From Octopus bimaculoides (lineage: Eukaryota), in contig NC_069004.1 of NCBI RefSeq assembly GCF_001194135.2, positions 19,526,343-19,590,342 of the forward strand: a DNA stretch of 64,000 nt. Reading direction: 5' to 3'. The position numbers were made by a program, and so were the translations under genes. This document shows, in pieces, positions 37,823 through 51,928 of the stretch (within the stretch, counting starts at the first letter, position 1; the number at the start of each line of letters is the position of its first letter). The notes beneath the pieces were generated by a model. That model did not search any database. It was not told where the DNA came from and was given only the letters and a program-made list of their open reading frames with translations.

Positions 37823-37897
37823 TGATTTGTGTTTTCATTCTTCTGAATGATTTGTGTTTTCATTCTTCTGAATGATTTGTGTTTTCATTCTTCAGAT
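37823..37897 (+). repeat. 25-bp unit in three copies
   Basis: tgatttgtgttttcattcttctgaa twice, plus a third copy ending cttcagat. Confidence 0.95.
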
Positions 37898-39079
37898 TGT
37901 CTCCTGAAGACAATGACCCCAGACATGACCACCGCTCTCTGACTAAAACCAGTAAAAGAAAGGCAACATGTGTGAGTGCACACACATGTTGCTTCTTGGG
38001 CCATTGCTACTTAACTGATTGTCAGCTTCCTTTGCATCTTTGAAGGCTTGTAAAATAAGAAATCTTTTACTTGAAAATCAGGAAAGGGTTAGCTACAGAA
38101 AGGGCATCCAGCTGTAAAACGCACTCCATAATAAATATGTTTAGCAGACAAAAATGTATGTAAAAGGAACATATAAAGTGTGTGTGTGTAATCAAAAATA
38201 AAAACAAAAACAAGAAAAACAATAAGAGTCAAAAGGATGTACATGGTGAATGCATCAGAGAAAGTTTAAGATGGAAAAAAGATGGGGTGTGACGTTTCGA
38301 ACATGTCTCTTCACCAGAAAGAGGAAAAAGGGAACTGCCTGGAGAGAAGGCAAAGTGTCTCATTACATGAGTGTGTGTGTGTGTATAGGTGCGTAGCCTA
38401 GTGGTTAGGTTGTTGCAGTCAGGATTGTGAGATCTTGGTTTTGGTATCCAGACCAGCAGTGTCTTGTGCTCTTGAGTAAAACACATGATTTTATATTGCT
38501 CCAATCCATTCCTTGTAACTGGCTGGCTTCCCATTCAAGGTGAATGTTGACCTGCCCATCCAGCCAGTGGGATGGCATCATTCGAAAGCTATAAAGATGT
38601 GACAAAGTGCATTGTGATCAGCTGTGTATAACAACAACCAGTAGCCTGGTAGAGATAGTGATACTGTGAAATATGACCATCATCATCTTTTAGTGTTTGT
38701 TTTCCATGCTGGTATGGGTTGCATGGTTTGACCAGAGTTGGTAATCAGGAGAGCTGCGCCAGGTTCCAGTTTGATTTGGCTTGGTTTCTACTGCTGGATG
38801 CCCTTCTGAATGCTAACCACTTTGCAGAATGTGCTGGGTGCCTTTTGGCTTGCACAGGCACATTTTTATGTGGGACTGGCATGGGTGCTTTTTACATGAC
38901 ACCAGCACAAGGCTCTTGCGGGGTCAATCCTCTTTAGCAGGAGGAGCAGGATATATAAATATATAGGTGTTAGGAAGGGCGTCCAGCTGTAGAAACCATG
39001 CCTCAAGGGATAATTAGAGTCTGGACACTGTCCAACCCATGCCATTGTAGAAAACAGATGTTAAAAGGTGTTGATGATA

Positions 39080-39114
<35 letters not shown>

Positions 39115-39920
39115 ATTATGGAGAGGAAAAGAAGAGATGTGAAATGTTTCGAGTGGGTACAGTATTTGACTGTTTGGCCCATGAGTGTTCAGAATCCATT
39201 TCAGGTGTTTATTTGTCCTTGAGCAAGAAAACAATTTGTCTTAATTCATTTACATGTGTTAAGTAGCATGAGCAGAGTATATAAAACCATGGGACGTTAC
39301 TTGTTGCTTCACATAGATTAGGTGTCCTTGTTTCCCACTAAAACAACTTGCAGAAAATTGGATCTGATCAAACTACCTTTAAAATCATTTGAATTTGTAG
39401 AGATATTTGTCATTGTTATTTATTATCAACATCAACACATACATATCCAACATACATACATACTTTTTTAAGTAGGGCACTCAACTGTCTTGCACGCAGC
39501 GATTAATTTATTTTTACTTTTATTATCTCCACAACCTAAATACGCAATTTATTATCTTCTCTATTTATTATTGCAGTCATTAATAAATCCTGTCAGTTCT
39601 GCTCAGAGAAAAAAAAAAAAAGAAATAATGTAAATGCATGTGTAGCTATTGTTGGTCTCTGTTTCCATTTCTTGCCCACTCAACTCCTCATGATGTGCTT
39701 TTTCCTTCTCTTTTTTTTTTTTTGCTTCGTTTCTCAAATTATTTTTAAAGCTGCACTGATTACATTATACAGCATTCAGATCATTTATTTTGATATTTAT
39801 GTGTAATGGACAGAACATACAAATGTATCTATATAAATACATCTATTGTGTGCTTAGTTGTGTCACATACATACATAATACATATATGTATAGGTATGTG
39901 CGTGTGTGTGTCTATATATG

Positions 39921-40002
<82 letters not shown>

Positions 40003-41213
40003 TATATGTGTAGGTGTGTATGTATATCTATAAAGGTATATAGAAGTATATATATGTTTGTTCATATATGTATATATATAAAAATTTTCTTATTCAGGCC
40101 TTGTGCTTATAATAGAAAGGATTATTATTGTTGTATATATGTACACTCACGTACACACTCTACTTTCATTATTAGCTAAGAACACTTTTCAGTATTTATA
40201 ATGATAAGGTTAAAAATAAAGATTTCTGCCTTGCATATTGGATGTATTTTAGTTAACAGAATAATTTCTCTGTGGTTATTTTTGAATGTCTTCATGGGAA
40301 CTATCTGATATATAACTACGAAGTTTATGCAAGGTGAAATTTAGAATCAAGTTTCTTAAATGAGAAGTGACATACCCTCACTTTTTTTCTTTACATATTT
40401 TCATTCAGCTCTTCTTATTTTAAGTTTATGGTTTTGCTTCTATTTTTTTCTGTCCTTCGTCTTTCTATTATTATTATTATTATTATTAAGAAGGCAGTGA
40501 GTTGGCAGAATTGTTAGCATGCTGGGGAAAATGCTTAGTGGCATTTTATCCGTTTTATGCTCTAAATACAAATTACACCGAGGTCAACTTTGCTTTGCAT
40601 ACTTTTGGGGTTGATAAGTACCAGTTGAGTACTGGGGCTGATGTAATTAACTAGCTCCTTCCCCCAAAATTTCAGGCCTTGTTCCTTTACTANNNNNNNN
40701 NNNNNNNNNNNNNNNNNNNNNNNNNNNNNNNNNNNNNNNNNNNNNNNNNNNNNNNNNNNNNNNNNNNNNNNNNNNNNNNNNNNNNNNNNNNNNNNNNNNN
40801 NNNNNNNNNNNNNNNNNNNNNNNNNNNNNNNNNNNNNNNNNNNNNNNNNNNNNNNNNNNNNNNNNNNNNNNNNNNNNNNNNNNNNNNNNNNNNNNNNNNN
40901 NNNNNNNNNNNNNNNNNNNNNNNNNNNNNNNNNNNNNNNNNNNNNNNNNNNNNNNNNNNNNNNNNNNNNNNNNNNNNNNNNNNNNTTTATGTTCTGAATA
41001 CAAATTATGCCATGGTTGACTTAGCCTTTTACCCTTTCAGGGATCAATAAAATTATGTACCAGTTGAACACTGGGGTCAATGTAATTGATTAGCCCCCTC
41101 CTCCATAATTTTTGGTCATGTGCTTGTAATGGAACAGAAAGGATTATTGTTATTATTATGCTAATTCAGACATTCTTAGCCCTTTTCATTTTTTAAATTA
41201 CCAATGCTTTCGG

Positions 41214-41256
<43 letters not shown>

Positions 41257-44200
41257 TATCATTTTTCGAAACAATAATTTAATGAAAATATTCCCTAGAA
41301 AATTTAATTATTTGAACATTTTCTTTGAGTTAATTAGTGCATTATCATTATCTTTTAACCAGAAATACTTAATGTAAATTAATTTTGGATTATTTCTTCA
41401 AAATATTTTTTTGTTTTTTGTTTTTTTTTATTCCACAAATTCCTAACTATTTTTGTTGTTTCAAAAAGAAATATTTCCTGCGATACAAGAACTACTGTGC
41501 TGGCTTCCTTCACTGTCTCAGTGTGTGAACAAGCTTTCACAGGAACCGATGAAGGGCAGCGTAACCTGACCACTTCACTTGCTAAAGTATTAAGAGCACA
41601 TGTTTGAATTCTTGATCCCTTGGGGGCTACAAACCCAATACAAAGACAAGATGGTTACAGCAAATGAGAGAGAGAGAGCTGCTGATAGACAAAACTCAAC
41701 TTAAGGCTGGCTTGCTACATACAGTGCAAGCATGTATGGATAATACAATCAACACAATGTATTCCAATAGAACACAAACAATTCAAGCTTTTTCTTTTTT
41801 TATTCTGATACTTCAGAATTTAAAAGGTATACTTGTAACATCAGAACCTAGGCCATAATATTACACAAGGTTGCATACAGACACACACACACACACACAC
41901 ACACACACATTATGTTCAGGGGAGTGAGCTGGCAGAACCGTTAGCACACCAAGAAAAATGCTTAGTGGCATTTCATCCGTCTTTATGTTGTGAGTTCAAA
42001 TTCCGCCAAGGTCAGCTTTGCCTTTCATCCTTTCGGTGTCAGTAAAAATATGTACCAGTTGACCCCCCTGCCTCCACGAAATTGCTGGCCTTTTCCAAAA
42101 TTTGAAATTATCATTATGTTTATATGTGTACGTATATTGTAGGTACTGATATAGATGTATACAACATATTGATTTTAAACATGTAATGTTTAATTATTCA
42201 CAATGTTTTGAATTAGTCGTGCATTATCTTGTAGCTGTGAGCTTTTGATAATGTAATTGTTTATTTTTAGAATAGCATTGTAGGGTAGGTGTGAGAGGCT
42301 GGATCTGGCCAGGTAGAATATTTGGGTTGGACATAGTTGATTTAAATGTAAACGAGTTGAATAGTGTAGCAATCAGATAATTCTAAAATTACATTTTTAT
42401 TGTCTGTAGGGAAGGGCTCATTGGATAATGTACTTCTAAAGTGTTGTTTCTGGGGAGGATGTGGAAAGGTGAGTCTTTCAGTTATAGATCTGTTACATAA
42501 GTACTGAAATGGGAGGAGACTAAACAACTACCGAAATAACTGTATGTAATAAATAAAATAGTACAGAATAGTATAAAAGGCTATTAACTGCTCAGCCTTG
42601 TATTTCAGGTGTATTGTGTGTTGGTTATGCTATTGTTACAGACTTGTCGTCAAGTCAATGCCCTTGTGGTGACTTCTAGAATTTTGTAGTTTCTTTTTTT
42701 AGCTTATTTTCCATTTGAACTGATTATAACAATACGTGAAATATTGTTATTGTATTTTAAACTGCGTTAGAACATGCATAAACTTCTATTTGTGCTATTG
42801 ATTTCAATTAGATGAATGCTTATACATTATTTTATTCACATAACATTTCTGAGTACATTTTAATTTAGATTACCTAGTTTTACATTTTCCTTTAAAAAAA
42901 AAATCTTATTGTGAATATAGATTCTTTTATTTTATTGGAAATGCTAAGTGTGTAAATACCAAATTCTACCTAAGTGATATTAAAGAGCTTAACTAAATGT
43001 GTCACTAAGTATTCTTATTTTGAGGAACACTCTTCATATTCTCTATGCTACCACTGTTTTTAATTCTTGTTTCTTTTCTTATTACGTCTATCTTTTATCT
43101 TTTACGTTTTTGCATTCATTGAATTGTGGCCAAGCTGGAGGAATGCATTGAAGGATATTTAGTCCAGGCAAATTGAACCCCTGTACTTTTTAAGTCTGGT
43201 GCTTATTCTATCAATATCTTTTGATGAACTGTTAAGTTACAGACATAAACACACCAACATTGGTTGTCAAGTAGGGTGGGTGGGAGTTAAACAAATAGTT
43301 ACAATCTCCTCTCTCTCACACACACACTCTCATAACAGGCTTCCACACAGTTTCTATGTACCAGATTCACTCAAAGCATTGGTTGACCCAGGGCTCTTTA
43401 GTAGAAAACATTTTCCCAAGACACCATGCAGAGAACCGATTCAAAAACCACATGGTTGATTAGCAAGCTTCTTAATTACACTTATTACAACACAACCTTT
43501 GAAAGTTTATCTTGTAAACGCCAGACCATTTTGGAAATGTTGCATCCCCCTTTCTTACTGCACTGGCCCCTGTAAATAGCCTAACATTTTGTTGAGCAAT
43601 GTCTAGGTAGAATCAATAAACCCCAACATCACACTCAGTTTCTGCTTATATTCAGCCTATCCCATATATAGTCTTTCAGTTTAGTGGTTAGAGTCCTGGG
43701 CTCCCGATCATAAGGTTGTAGGTTTCATTCTTGGACTTGGTGGTGCAGTTGTGTCCTTAAGCAGGGCATTTCAGTTCACATTGCTTCGGTCTCCTCAGCT
43801 GAAAATGAACACCAGCTGAATGCTGGTGCAGCCCTTTTTTTTTCCCCCCCTACCACCTATCATATCCTCACTGTTTCATTTGGTCATGGATGGGATGGAG
43901 AGGAGGGTATCTATGTCTGCACCTAAAACAGTTAGCGAAAGCATGGAACATGCTAGCAGGGTCGTACTCTCTTGTTAGTGGCAACTATGGTTTTTCTTTT
44001 TACGTATGAGTCTATATATGCAATATGAAACTTTGTCTTTACATAATACAACATAATACATGTCTGCGCTATACATTGTTTTACTTTTGTCACAAATTCT
44101 TTCTTGTTTGAGACTGTCTTTGTCTTACTTCTCACCTCCTCACCATAAGTATTTCTAGTTAGGTTTCATTGGACATTCAAAGATGATGTCTGAAAATCAT

Positions 44201-44332
44201 GTTTGTGTGTAAAAGCTGTGAATAAATGCAACTAGACAGACTACTAAACATTACAAATATTCTTAAGCATGTGCACACACAACATAAAAACATAAAAGCT
44301 TCAAAATAAAAATAAAAATATAATTTTAATGT

Positions 44333-44976
44333 TCAGCAGTATCAGAACCAAGCAGTGTTTAGGCATAAGCAAACTTTAAGTTAGTCAAGATATGTTTATG
44401 ACATATTTCAACTCCTGAACTCACTACAATTATTGTGGAGAAAAAAATTCTCTTATGTTCTACCCAGTGCTGCTTCCTATTAGATTCCTAGACGTGTTTA
44501 TAGCTCTTGAGCCATTATCAATGGGAAATACCAAAGAGAAGCAACTCTGGACAGACTTAATTAAAGCTAGTTGTAGCTTTAACTAAAACACAGCAACATT
44601 GAGTTGCACCATTAGACCGCCAAGTTGGAAGAAATTTTGCCAGTATCAGCGCCAAGCAGTGTTTAGGCATAAATGAACTTTAGGTTGGTTAAAATGTTTG
44701 TCACATATTTCATCTTCTAATGGCAAATTCACTGCAGTTACCATGGAGAAAAAATACTCGCTTATTGTAAAAAGGTGTAAAAACACCATATCTGCCCAGC
44801 ACTGCCCTGTAACTAACCTAAAGTTCTCTTATGCCTAAACACTGTTTGGCACTGATGCTGCTAAATTTATTCCAACTTGGTGGTCTAATAGCACAACACA
44901 GTCAACAACATTGACTGTGTCTTAGTTAGAGTTATGGCTTTAAAATATGCCCAGAGTTACTTTCTCTTCGGTATTT
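44333..44976. repeat. Fold-back element (arms about 44526-44692 and 44810-44976) preceded by a diverged direct copy of part of the left arm and spacer (about 44333-44470)
   Basis: ccaagcagtgtttaggcataa occurs at about 44348 and 44652. Its reverse complement ttatgcctaaacactg is at about 44829. Confidence 0.8.
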
Positions 44977-45668
44977 AGCACCAGTAGCTCTGAATGGGAG
45001 GTGACAAGGTGTGTGACGACTCATTCAACAACCCATGCTAGCATGTAAAACATATGTAAAATGATGATGATCTTTTTTTTAAACCTCTCTGTCTCCTTGT
45101 CAACTTTGCCTTTCATCTTTTCAAGGTTGATAAAGTATCATTTCTATACTGGGGTACATTTTTCCTCTTTGTTTCATTTTCTCTCCCTCTCTCTCTCCAA
45201 AGAAGAAGAAAAAGAAATCAGCTGTGGGATGGGTTCCACCAGTTTAAAAACTGCCCAAGATATACTGTATGCCACAATGGCACCTCCTCGACTCGATCAA
45301 GGAGTTAAGGGCCCAAAAGCAAGGCAAGGCAAGGCGTCTCCCCTTTCACCTTAGTGTAATTCAGAAACATTCTGGCTGAAACAGCTAGTGACAGCAGACC
45401 ATGAGAGAGAGAGAAAGAGAGAATTCCATAGTTATATATTGAAACAGATTGACCTTAACTGTAACTTACTTTATCAGACCCATAGAAACAACCTAAAGAA
45501 TGAACCATGTCAATATTTCAACTAAAAAAAGAACTGTAAAGCATTGAATTTGATACCGAAAAATAACCATGCCATCAATAGCTTGCTTGAGACCTGTGTG
45601 TGCATGCATTTGCATGTGTGTACATGTGCATGCATGCACACTTGTCATTGCATAGAATTTACAATTTT

Positions 45669-45699
<31 letters not shown>

Positions 45700-46178
45700 A
45701 AACAAACCGATTGTGCAATACCTATTTCTTTTCAAAGTGTATGAAAATGGCTAATTAGAGTTTCATTGACTTCAATGGATTTTAAAAAGTTATATATTTG
45801 AGTGTGTGTATGTAAATATATATGTATATATAAATATGTGTGTGTGTGTAAATATATATCTATATANNNNNNNNNNNNNNNNNNNNNNNNNNNNNNNNNN
45901 NNNNNNNNNNNNNNNNNNNNNNNNNNNNNNNNNNNNNNNNNNNNNNNNNNNNNNNNNNNNNNNNNNNNNNNNNNNNNNNNNNNTATATATAATATAATAT
46001 ATATATAGACACACGTTTGTGTGTGTGTGTGTGTGTGTGTATGCTACCACAGAATAACATAACAGAAAAATACATTTAGAAATATATAAATTCAGTAATT
46101 TAAAAATATCCTATGAAAAGGCATAAATTTCATATTTTTTTTTTCTTTTTGTATACTGGTTTAGATCCGAAGGATTAC

Positions 46179-46454
46179 CTTAATTTTGCCTCTTGTTAGT
46201 TTTTCCAAAAGGCTGTCTCAATGGCAAGAACTTAGTCCAGACTTTTCCATTTTACCGCATTGAGAGTCTGATGTCGATGAATTTCTCCTCTTCACTAATT
46301 TTCCTTCATTGTGATCAGCTTGTGAAGGCTTTGGTGGGAGTCGCTATTAAAACCTCTGCTTCATAAATACTTTCTGAACCTTGATGCACTTTATTGGTGG
46401 TGCTATTTCTAATGCAAGACAGCTTAAGACGCTTCCACATAATTGCTTGACCTG
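46179..46454 (-). other. Candidate exon, possibly terminal coding: GQAIMWKRLKLSCIRNSTTNKVHQGSESIYEAEVLIATPTKAFTS* (46315-46454)
   Basis: Acceptor ttttagttgtttttatttccag|CAG (NAGNAG) and donor AAG|gtaatc. The sequence does not match the repeat families seen here. Confidence 0.3.
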
Positions 46455-47566
46455 CTGGAAATAAAAACAACTAAAATATGATACTCCCTCCCCCACCACC
46501 ACCACAAAAAAATTTCCCCCTGTTATCTTAAAAATTGGGGATACATTATATGATGTAAACCTAGATACACTATGTAAAGAAAAACAAATAATTACAGCTG
46601 GAATTGCCTTTTGATCAGAGGTCTGCTTGATTGGAGCTGGCCTGGGGTTAAATGACAACAGTTAGTCTCAGTGTTTTTAGCTAAATTGTCATGTCTGACA
46701 ACATGAAGGGGATAAAATTTATGATGATGATGATGTTGATGATGATGATCACCACCACCACCACCATGCTTATCTTCATCATCATGATCTTCTCTTCCAC
46801 CATCAGTCTTATTATCATCTTCACCACACCACTGCTGCCGCTACCACCGCAACCATCATCATTGTTGTTGAACTATTTTGTTGAGCTCTAATTACAGAAT
46901 TAAGTGATCATTCGGCAATAACCCTACAGTAAATCCAATATGCAAAATAAGACCTGATTTTTTTCTACTGCTTATTCTAGAGTATTTACGAGCACTTAAT
47001 TTATCAATCCTAATATTGTTGAAAGATCTGATCCGTTAAAACAGGATTCATACATAAAAATGAATACCAAACACATCATTATTATTGTACCTAGATAAAT
47101 ATTTCATCTCTTTGTTGCTTTTTTTGATGACCATGATGGATGGATGGGGTGAATTATAAAATTTCCATGCTGAATGCATCATGCAAACTGCATCTTCTTA
47201 CCTCATTGTAAAATACTTATATATCCTTCCTTAGTTATGCTCAGTATGAAAATGGCCCAATTTAAGAATTTAAATTCAGTTTTAATTTAGGACATTTTTT
47301 ATGTACAAACAAAATATTGAACCAGCCTTGTTCCAATCATTGAGAACAAAAAGCATTATTTCCCTTTGTATAACTTATTTTCTATGGAATTATGATTGAT
47401 AAAATTAATGTTGCGGTGAGTAATTTTACAACAATATGCTGAATGAGTCTAGTTTGCCTCATTTGCTTGGTTATAATTAACCAGACAAGTTCACATTGTT
47501 GACATTACCTATAATTTCATGATGTTTTGATGTTATATATTCTATTAAATATATCTTTGTGCTTAT

Positions 47567-47660
47567 ATCACTTTGAAGTCATCAGTCCCACTTTGAAGTA
47601 GTAAATCTCATTTTGAAATCATAAATCTCACTTTGAAGTGGTATGCACTCACTTAGAATG
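47567..47660. repeat. About 20-bp unit, 4-5 copies (cactttgaagtcataaatct-like)
   Basis: cactttgaa-like cores at 47569, 47589, 47609 and 47629, with a weaker one near 47650. Confidence 0.85.
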
Positions 47661-48427
47661 ACTAATATTGTCTAGATGGAGGTCTTAAATGCATACCCAT
47701 AAGACACGCTACTACACACTAAATTATAATAAAGATTCTGTTATAATAATAATGCCTTATGTTCATGCTGAATTATTCCAAATTTATTATTTTTGGTTGC
47801 TGGGTTTTTTGAATTTAAAAAATGTGCATATATTGTCTTTTTATTTTGGGTTATGGCTAAATAGGTTATCATATGACATCAAGATTACCATAGTAAAATG
47901 GTTGCTAGTAATTTTTTCTTTTTTTTTCTTTTTTAAATCATGGTACCAATATAGTATCTTTTTGAAAGTGATGTCTTCTTCTGGCATCATATGTTACATT
48001 TTGGAGAATAGATTACTCAGAGGCACCATCCACAAGTTAGAGATAACATATTTAATAAAATGAGCATTAAATGCTCATTGGAAATGATTATGTGGTGAGG
48101 AAAAGACAATACTAGTCAATGGTTTGTATTTTTTTTTAGTTATTTGTGCACATAAGGGAGCTAAATGAAGTATATTTTCTGTCTTATGAGATTTCCTCAA
48201 TGAAGCAGAGATTTCATCACATGCTGTAGTGGTGATGAGTGAATCTTTAAGAGAAAGTACAATAGGTGCAGGCATGACTGTGTGGCAAGAAGCTTGCTTG
48301 CTTTCCAACCATATGGTTCATGGTTCAGTCCTGCTGCATGGCACCTTGAGCAAGTGTCTTCTACTCTAGCCTCAGGCTAGCCAAAGCTTTGTGAGTGGAT
48401 TTGATAGAGTGGGTAAGGTATATGTAG

Positions 48428-48712
48428 TGAAGGCGCATGGCTTAGTGATTAAGGTGTTGCACTCATGATTGCCAGATCATGGGTTCGATTCCCAGACCAG
48501 GCATTGCGTTGTGTTCTTCATTTTATGCTGCTTTGCGATCATTTCGACATCTGACATGTGGCACCCAGTTGCACCTGTATAGGTAATGTCAATCTTATGG
48601 AGGGAGTGAGCTTATGTCTACACAAACATTTGATCATTATAAACAAATCATCTGTGTGGTTGTTTGGTAAGAAATTGTCGAACCCTCATATGTCTAACAA
48701 TGGGAGAGGTCC

Positions 48713-48715
<3 letters not shown>
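48428..48715 (+). mobile_element. tRNA-headed SINE (family D-type head) lying between the two halves of a SINE A (48264-48410 and 48775-48915)
   Basis: gaaggcgcatggcttagtgattaaggtg...gggttcgattccc. Confidence 0.65.
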
Positions 48716-48773
<58 letters not shown>

Positions 48774-51089
48774 CCTTAGTGGTTCAGCAAAAAGAGACTG
48801 ATAGAATGGATACCAGGCTTTAAAAAAAATGTTCTGTGATCGATTGATTCGAATAAAAGTCCTTCAAAGTGGCACCCCAGCATAGGCACAGTCTAATGAC
48901 TGAAACAAATTAAAGACGAAAGGTAAATATTACACACTAGTAGGTGTAGAAAATGAGAACATTTTAGAGAATAAATTACTCAAGAGGATTATATAGGCTT
49001 GATTAACTCGAAGACTAGTCTACATAAGATGCTATCAATTATCAGCATCAAAAGCCATAATTCTCTTATGCTCACTCTTTATATAGTTGTTTCATTTTGG
49101 CATATTTTTTGTATCAATTCCTTTGTAACCATATTTTTATTGAAATACACTCACCCATTTTTCCCCCCCTTTCAATTAATTGTGAAAATAATCAAGAATA
49201 TAGGCGCAGGCATGGCTGTGTGGTAAGATGTTTGCTTCCCAACTACATAGTTCTGGGTTCGGTCCCACTGCGTCACACCTAAGACAAGTGTTTTCTACTA
49301 TATCTTTGGGCTGACTGAAACCTTGTGAGTGGATTTGGTAGACAGAAACTGAAAGAAGCCCATCGTGTGTGTGTGTGTGTGTTTTTCCCAGACTGCTACT
49401 TGACAACCAGTGTTGGTTTGTTTACATCCTTGTAACTTAGAGGTTCGGCAATAGAGATTGATAAGATTAGGATAAAGGACCGGGGTCATTTCATTTGACT
49501 AAAAGTTTTTCAAGGCAGTGCTTCAGCATGGCCGCAGTCTAATGACTGAAACAGATAAAAGATAAAAGAATTTAGAAGTGATTTGAAGCTGATATTGGGT
49601 ATCTCGCTAAAGAAGGTTCTTATATAAAATTATTTCAGTTGAAATATGAACGCTTTATAACAAATGTATTTTGTATCATAAAACAGGAATTGTTTGTGGC
49701 AAGGCGGTAGCAATGAAAGGGTTAAATTATAATCTAGCAGTTGGCATGGGAATTTTGAAGTCTTTATGAAATGCCTTTCAAGTTTTAATTTTCCTATTGT
49801 GGGAGTGGAATGAACCTGAACTAAAGGAGCAGCTAAATGTTGGCGAGTGGGGGAGAAGGATTGTTTGTACAATAAGTAAAGAAATATTTAAATTGCTATG
49901 CAGTGAACAGAAGTGGGAATTTTCCTGGTAGCATTTCGCACTGATTTATATATTTTCAATGTGTGGTCAGTACCACAAAGTGAAGGCTTTCAGTGAATTG
50001 AGATGACGATCTAATTTTAATTCTCATTTGTAACTAATTATCTGATTTCGTTTACATTACCCATGTCCCTGGGGAAAGGCATGAATATCACAGCCCTCGT
50101 GCCATTCTCGCAGCAAGTTGTTTAGTCTGATCATTGTTTCAGTCATTAGATGCTTTTAGTATAAATTACTTAAAATGTTGGTTTCAAATTTTGTCACAAG
50201 GCCAGCAATTTTGAGGGAGGGGTAAGTCTATGACACTGACCCCACTGCTCAGCTGGTACTTATTTTATTGGCCCTGAAGGTTAAAAGGCAAAATTGACCA
50301 TAGCAGAATTTGAACTCAGAACGTGAAGTTGGATGACATACTGCCAGGCACGCTAATGATTCTGCCAACTTGACTGAAGTTTATTTATTGCAGCAAGAAA
50401 GAGTGGGGGTGTGGTAAGAAGTTTGCTTCTCATCCACATGATACTGGGTTCAGTGCTACTGAGTGGTACCTTGGGTAAATGTCTTCTACTACAACCCTGG
50501 GCCAACCAAACCCTTGTGAGTGGATTCGGTTTATGTGAACTCAAACAAGCCTGTCGTGTGTATGTGTTTGTGTTTTTGTCTGTCCCATACCACTACTTGA
50601 CAACCAGTATTGGTGTGTTACACCTCATAACTTAACAGTTTGGCAAAAGAGAATGATAAAATAAGTACTGTAGTTGATCTATTCGACTAAGAAAATTCTT
50701 CAGGATGGTGTCCCAACATGGTCAGAGTCTAATGACTGAAGCAATTAAAAGAGTTACATATTATGGGGCAATAAGATTTTGATAATCAAAACTACTATTT
50801 ATCTTTGGTGCTCATTTTCTTCTAAATTTGTAACCACCCCAAAAGTACAGTAACTGCTGTTTAATTTCTAAGCAAAAATTCTATAATCTTATATTTTAGT
50901 TAACATTTCAATGTTTTCTTGTACCCCTCATCCCCGCTCAACCCCTTCCACCCTAAATCCCCCCCCCCAATTTCATGATATATTCCATGCTTTGCTCTAA
51001 TTAATATTAATAAATCGTTTGTAATTTCATACCCCTTGTCATTGTAGTGGTTCACAATGGAGCTGATACATTACTACTTTTGGACTTAC

Positions 51090-51096
51090 ATCCTGC
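51090..51096 (-). other. Candidate 7-nt micro-exon GCAGGAT
   Basis: Minus strand reads polyT-cag|GCAGGAT|gtaagt. Confidence 0.25.
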
Positions 51097-51928
51097 CTGA
51101 AAAAAAAAATCTAGTTTGCTAATTTAGTGAGTTAATCGCTTTCTCTTTACAAATACCTGAAGCTCTGAAGTTACCTTCTCTTTCTTTTCTCATCATCTAT
51201 ATTTTTCTTCCCTTTCAGTTTCTTTCTCTTTTTCTCTCTTTTTTTTTGTCTCTCCATCTTCCAGTCCATTCACTTGATTTGCACAGATGGTCTCATCACT
51301 GGATTTTCTCTTGACAAGCTTTCTTTTAATTATTTCCATTATTTTATTTTTCCATTTATTTTACTTCTATATAAACTCTGTAGTTTCCAAATGTTTGTAG
51401 TAACTCTATTTTTAGTACACAATTTTCTCCAGTGGCATCTTGATTCTTTTCCCTGTTTTGAAGACCTGTTGCTTGTCAGTAGATGTAGTTTTTTTCTTCT
51501 CTTTTTGTATGCAGAGACTTCAAGATAAATGAAGCAGGTTGGGTTGGGTTGGGTGAGAGAGAACTAAATTTGTGACGAAAATGACTTTTTCTTTTCGAGT
51601 GTTTCCCAGAGTCACCATGTAATGTAGAAAACTGTCAATGAAAGTCTCTGTTATTGAATAACTCATCATCAGTCGGTCATTTGTCCATTTAGTTGATTTG
51701 AGAGGGGGAGGAGGTGGTGGCGGTGAAGTGTGTGTGTGTGTGTGTGTGTGTGTCTGATGAAAGGAAAATGTGTGGTTTTAGTTTTGAAACTGAGTTTGTA
51801 GTAGTAGTAGTGTGTACTTTTGTGGGAATTGCTTGCAGTGATGTATTGTTGCTATTGGTATGGAAAGAAAGGTTGGGGACAAAAAATTTAGTTGGCACTT
51901 TAATTGTATCACAGATCTTCATATTATT

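Noticed and set aside
42609-42690. Acceptor followed by signal-peptide-like VYCVLVMLLLQTCRQVNA
   Set aside because: No convincing donor before the stops. TG-rich sequence readily yields such peptides.
43953-44135. Lys/Cys-rich minus ORF faintly like a piggyBac C-terminal domain
   Set aside because: Cys spacing does not fit and no adjacent transposase sequence is recognisable.
45061-45354. 97-aa ORF ending in KGPKARQGKASPLSP
   Set aside because: The first half is SINE B and (CT)n derived, the acceptor is a weak AAG, and there is no motif.
51536-51558. (GGGTT)3 G-quadruplex or telomere-like motif
   Set aside because: Only three GGG runs, and it is not the TTAGGG unit.
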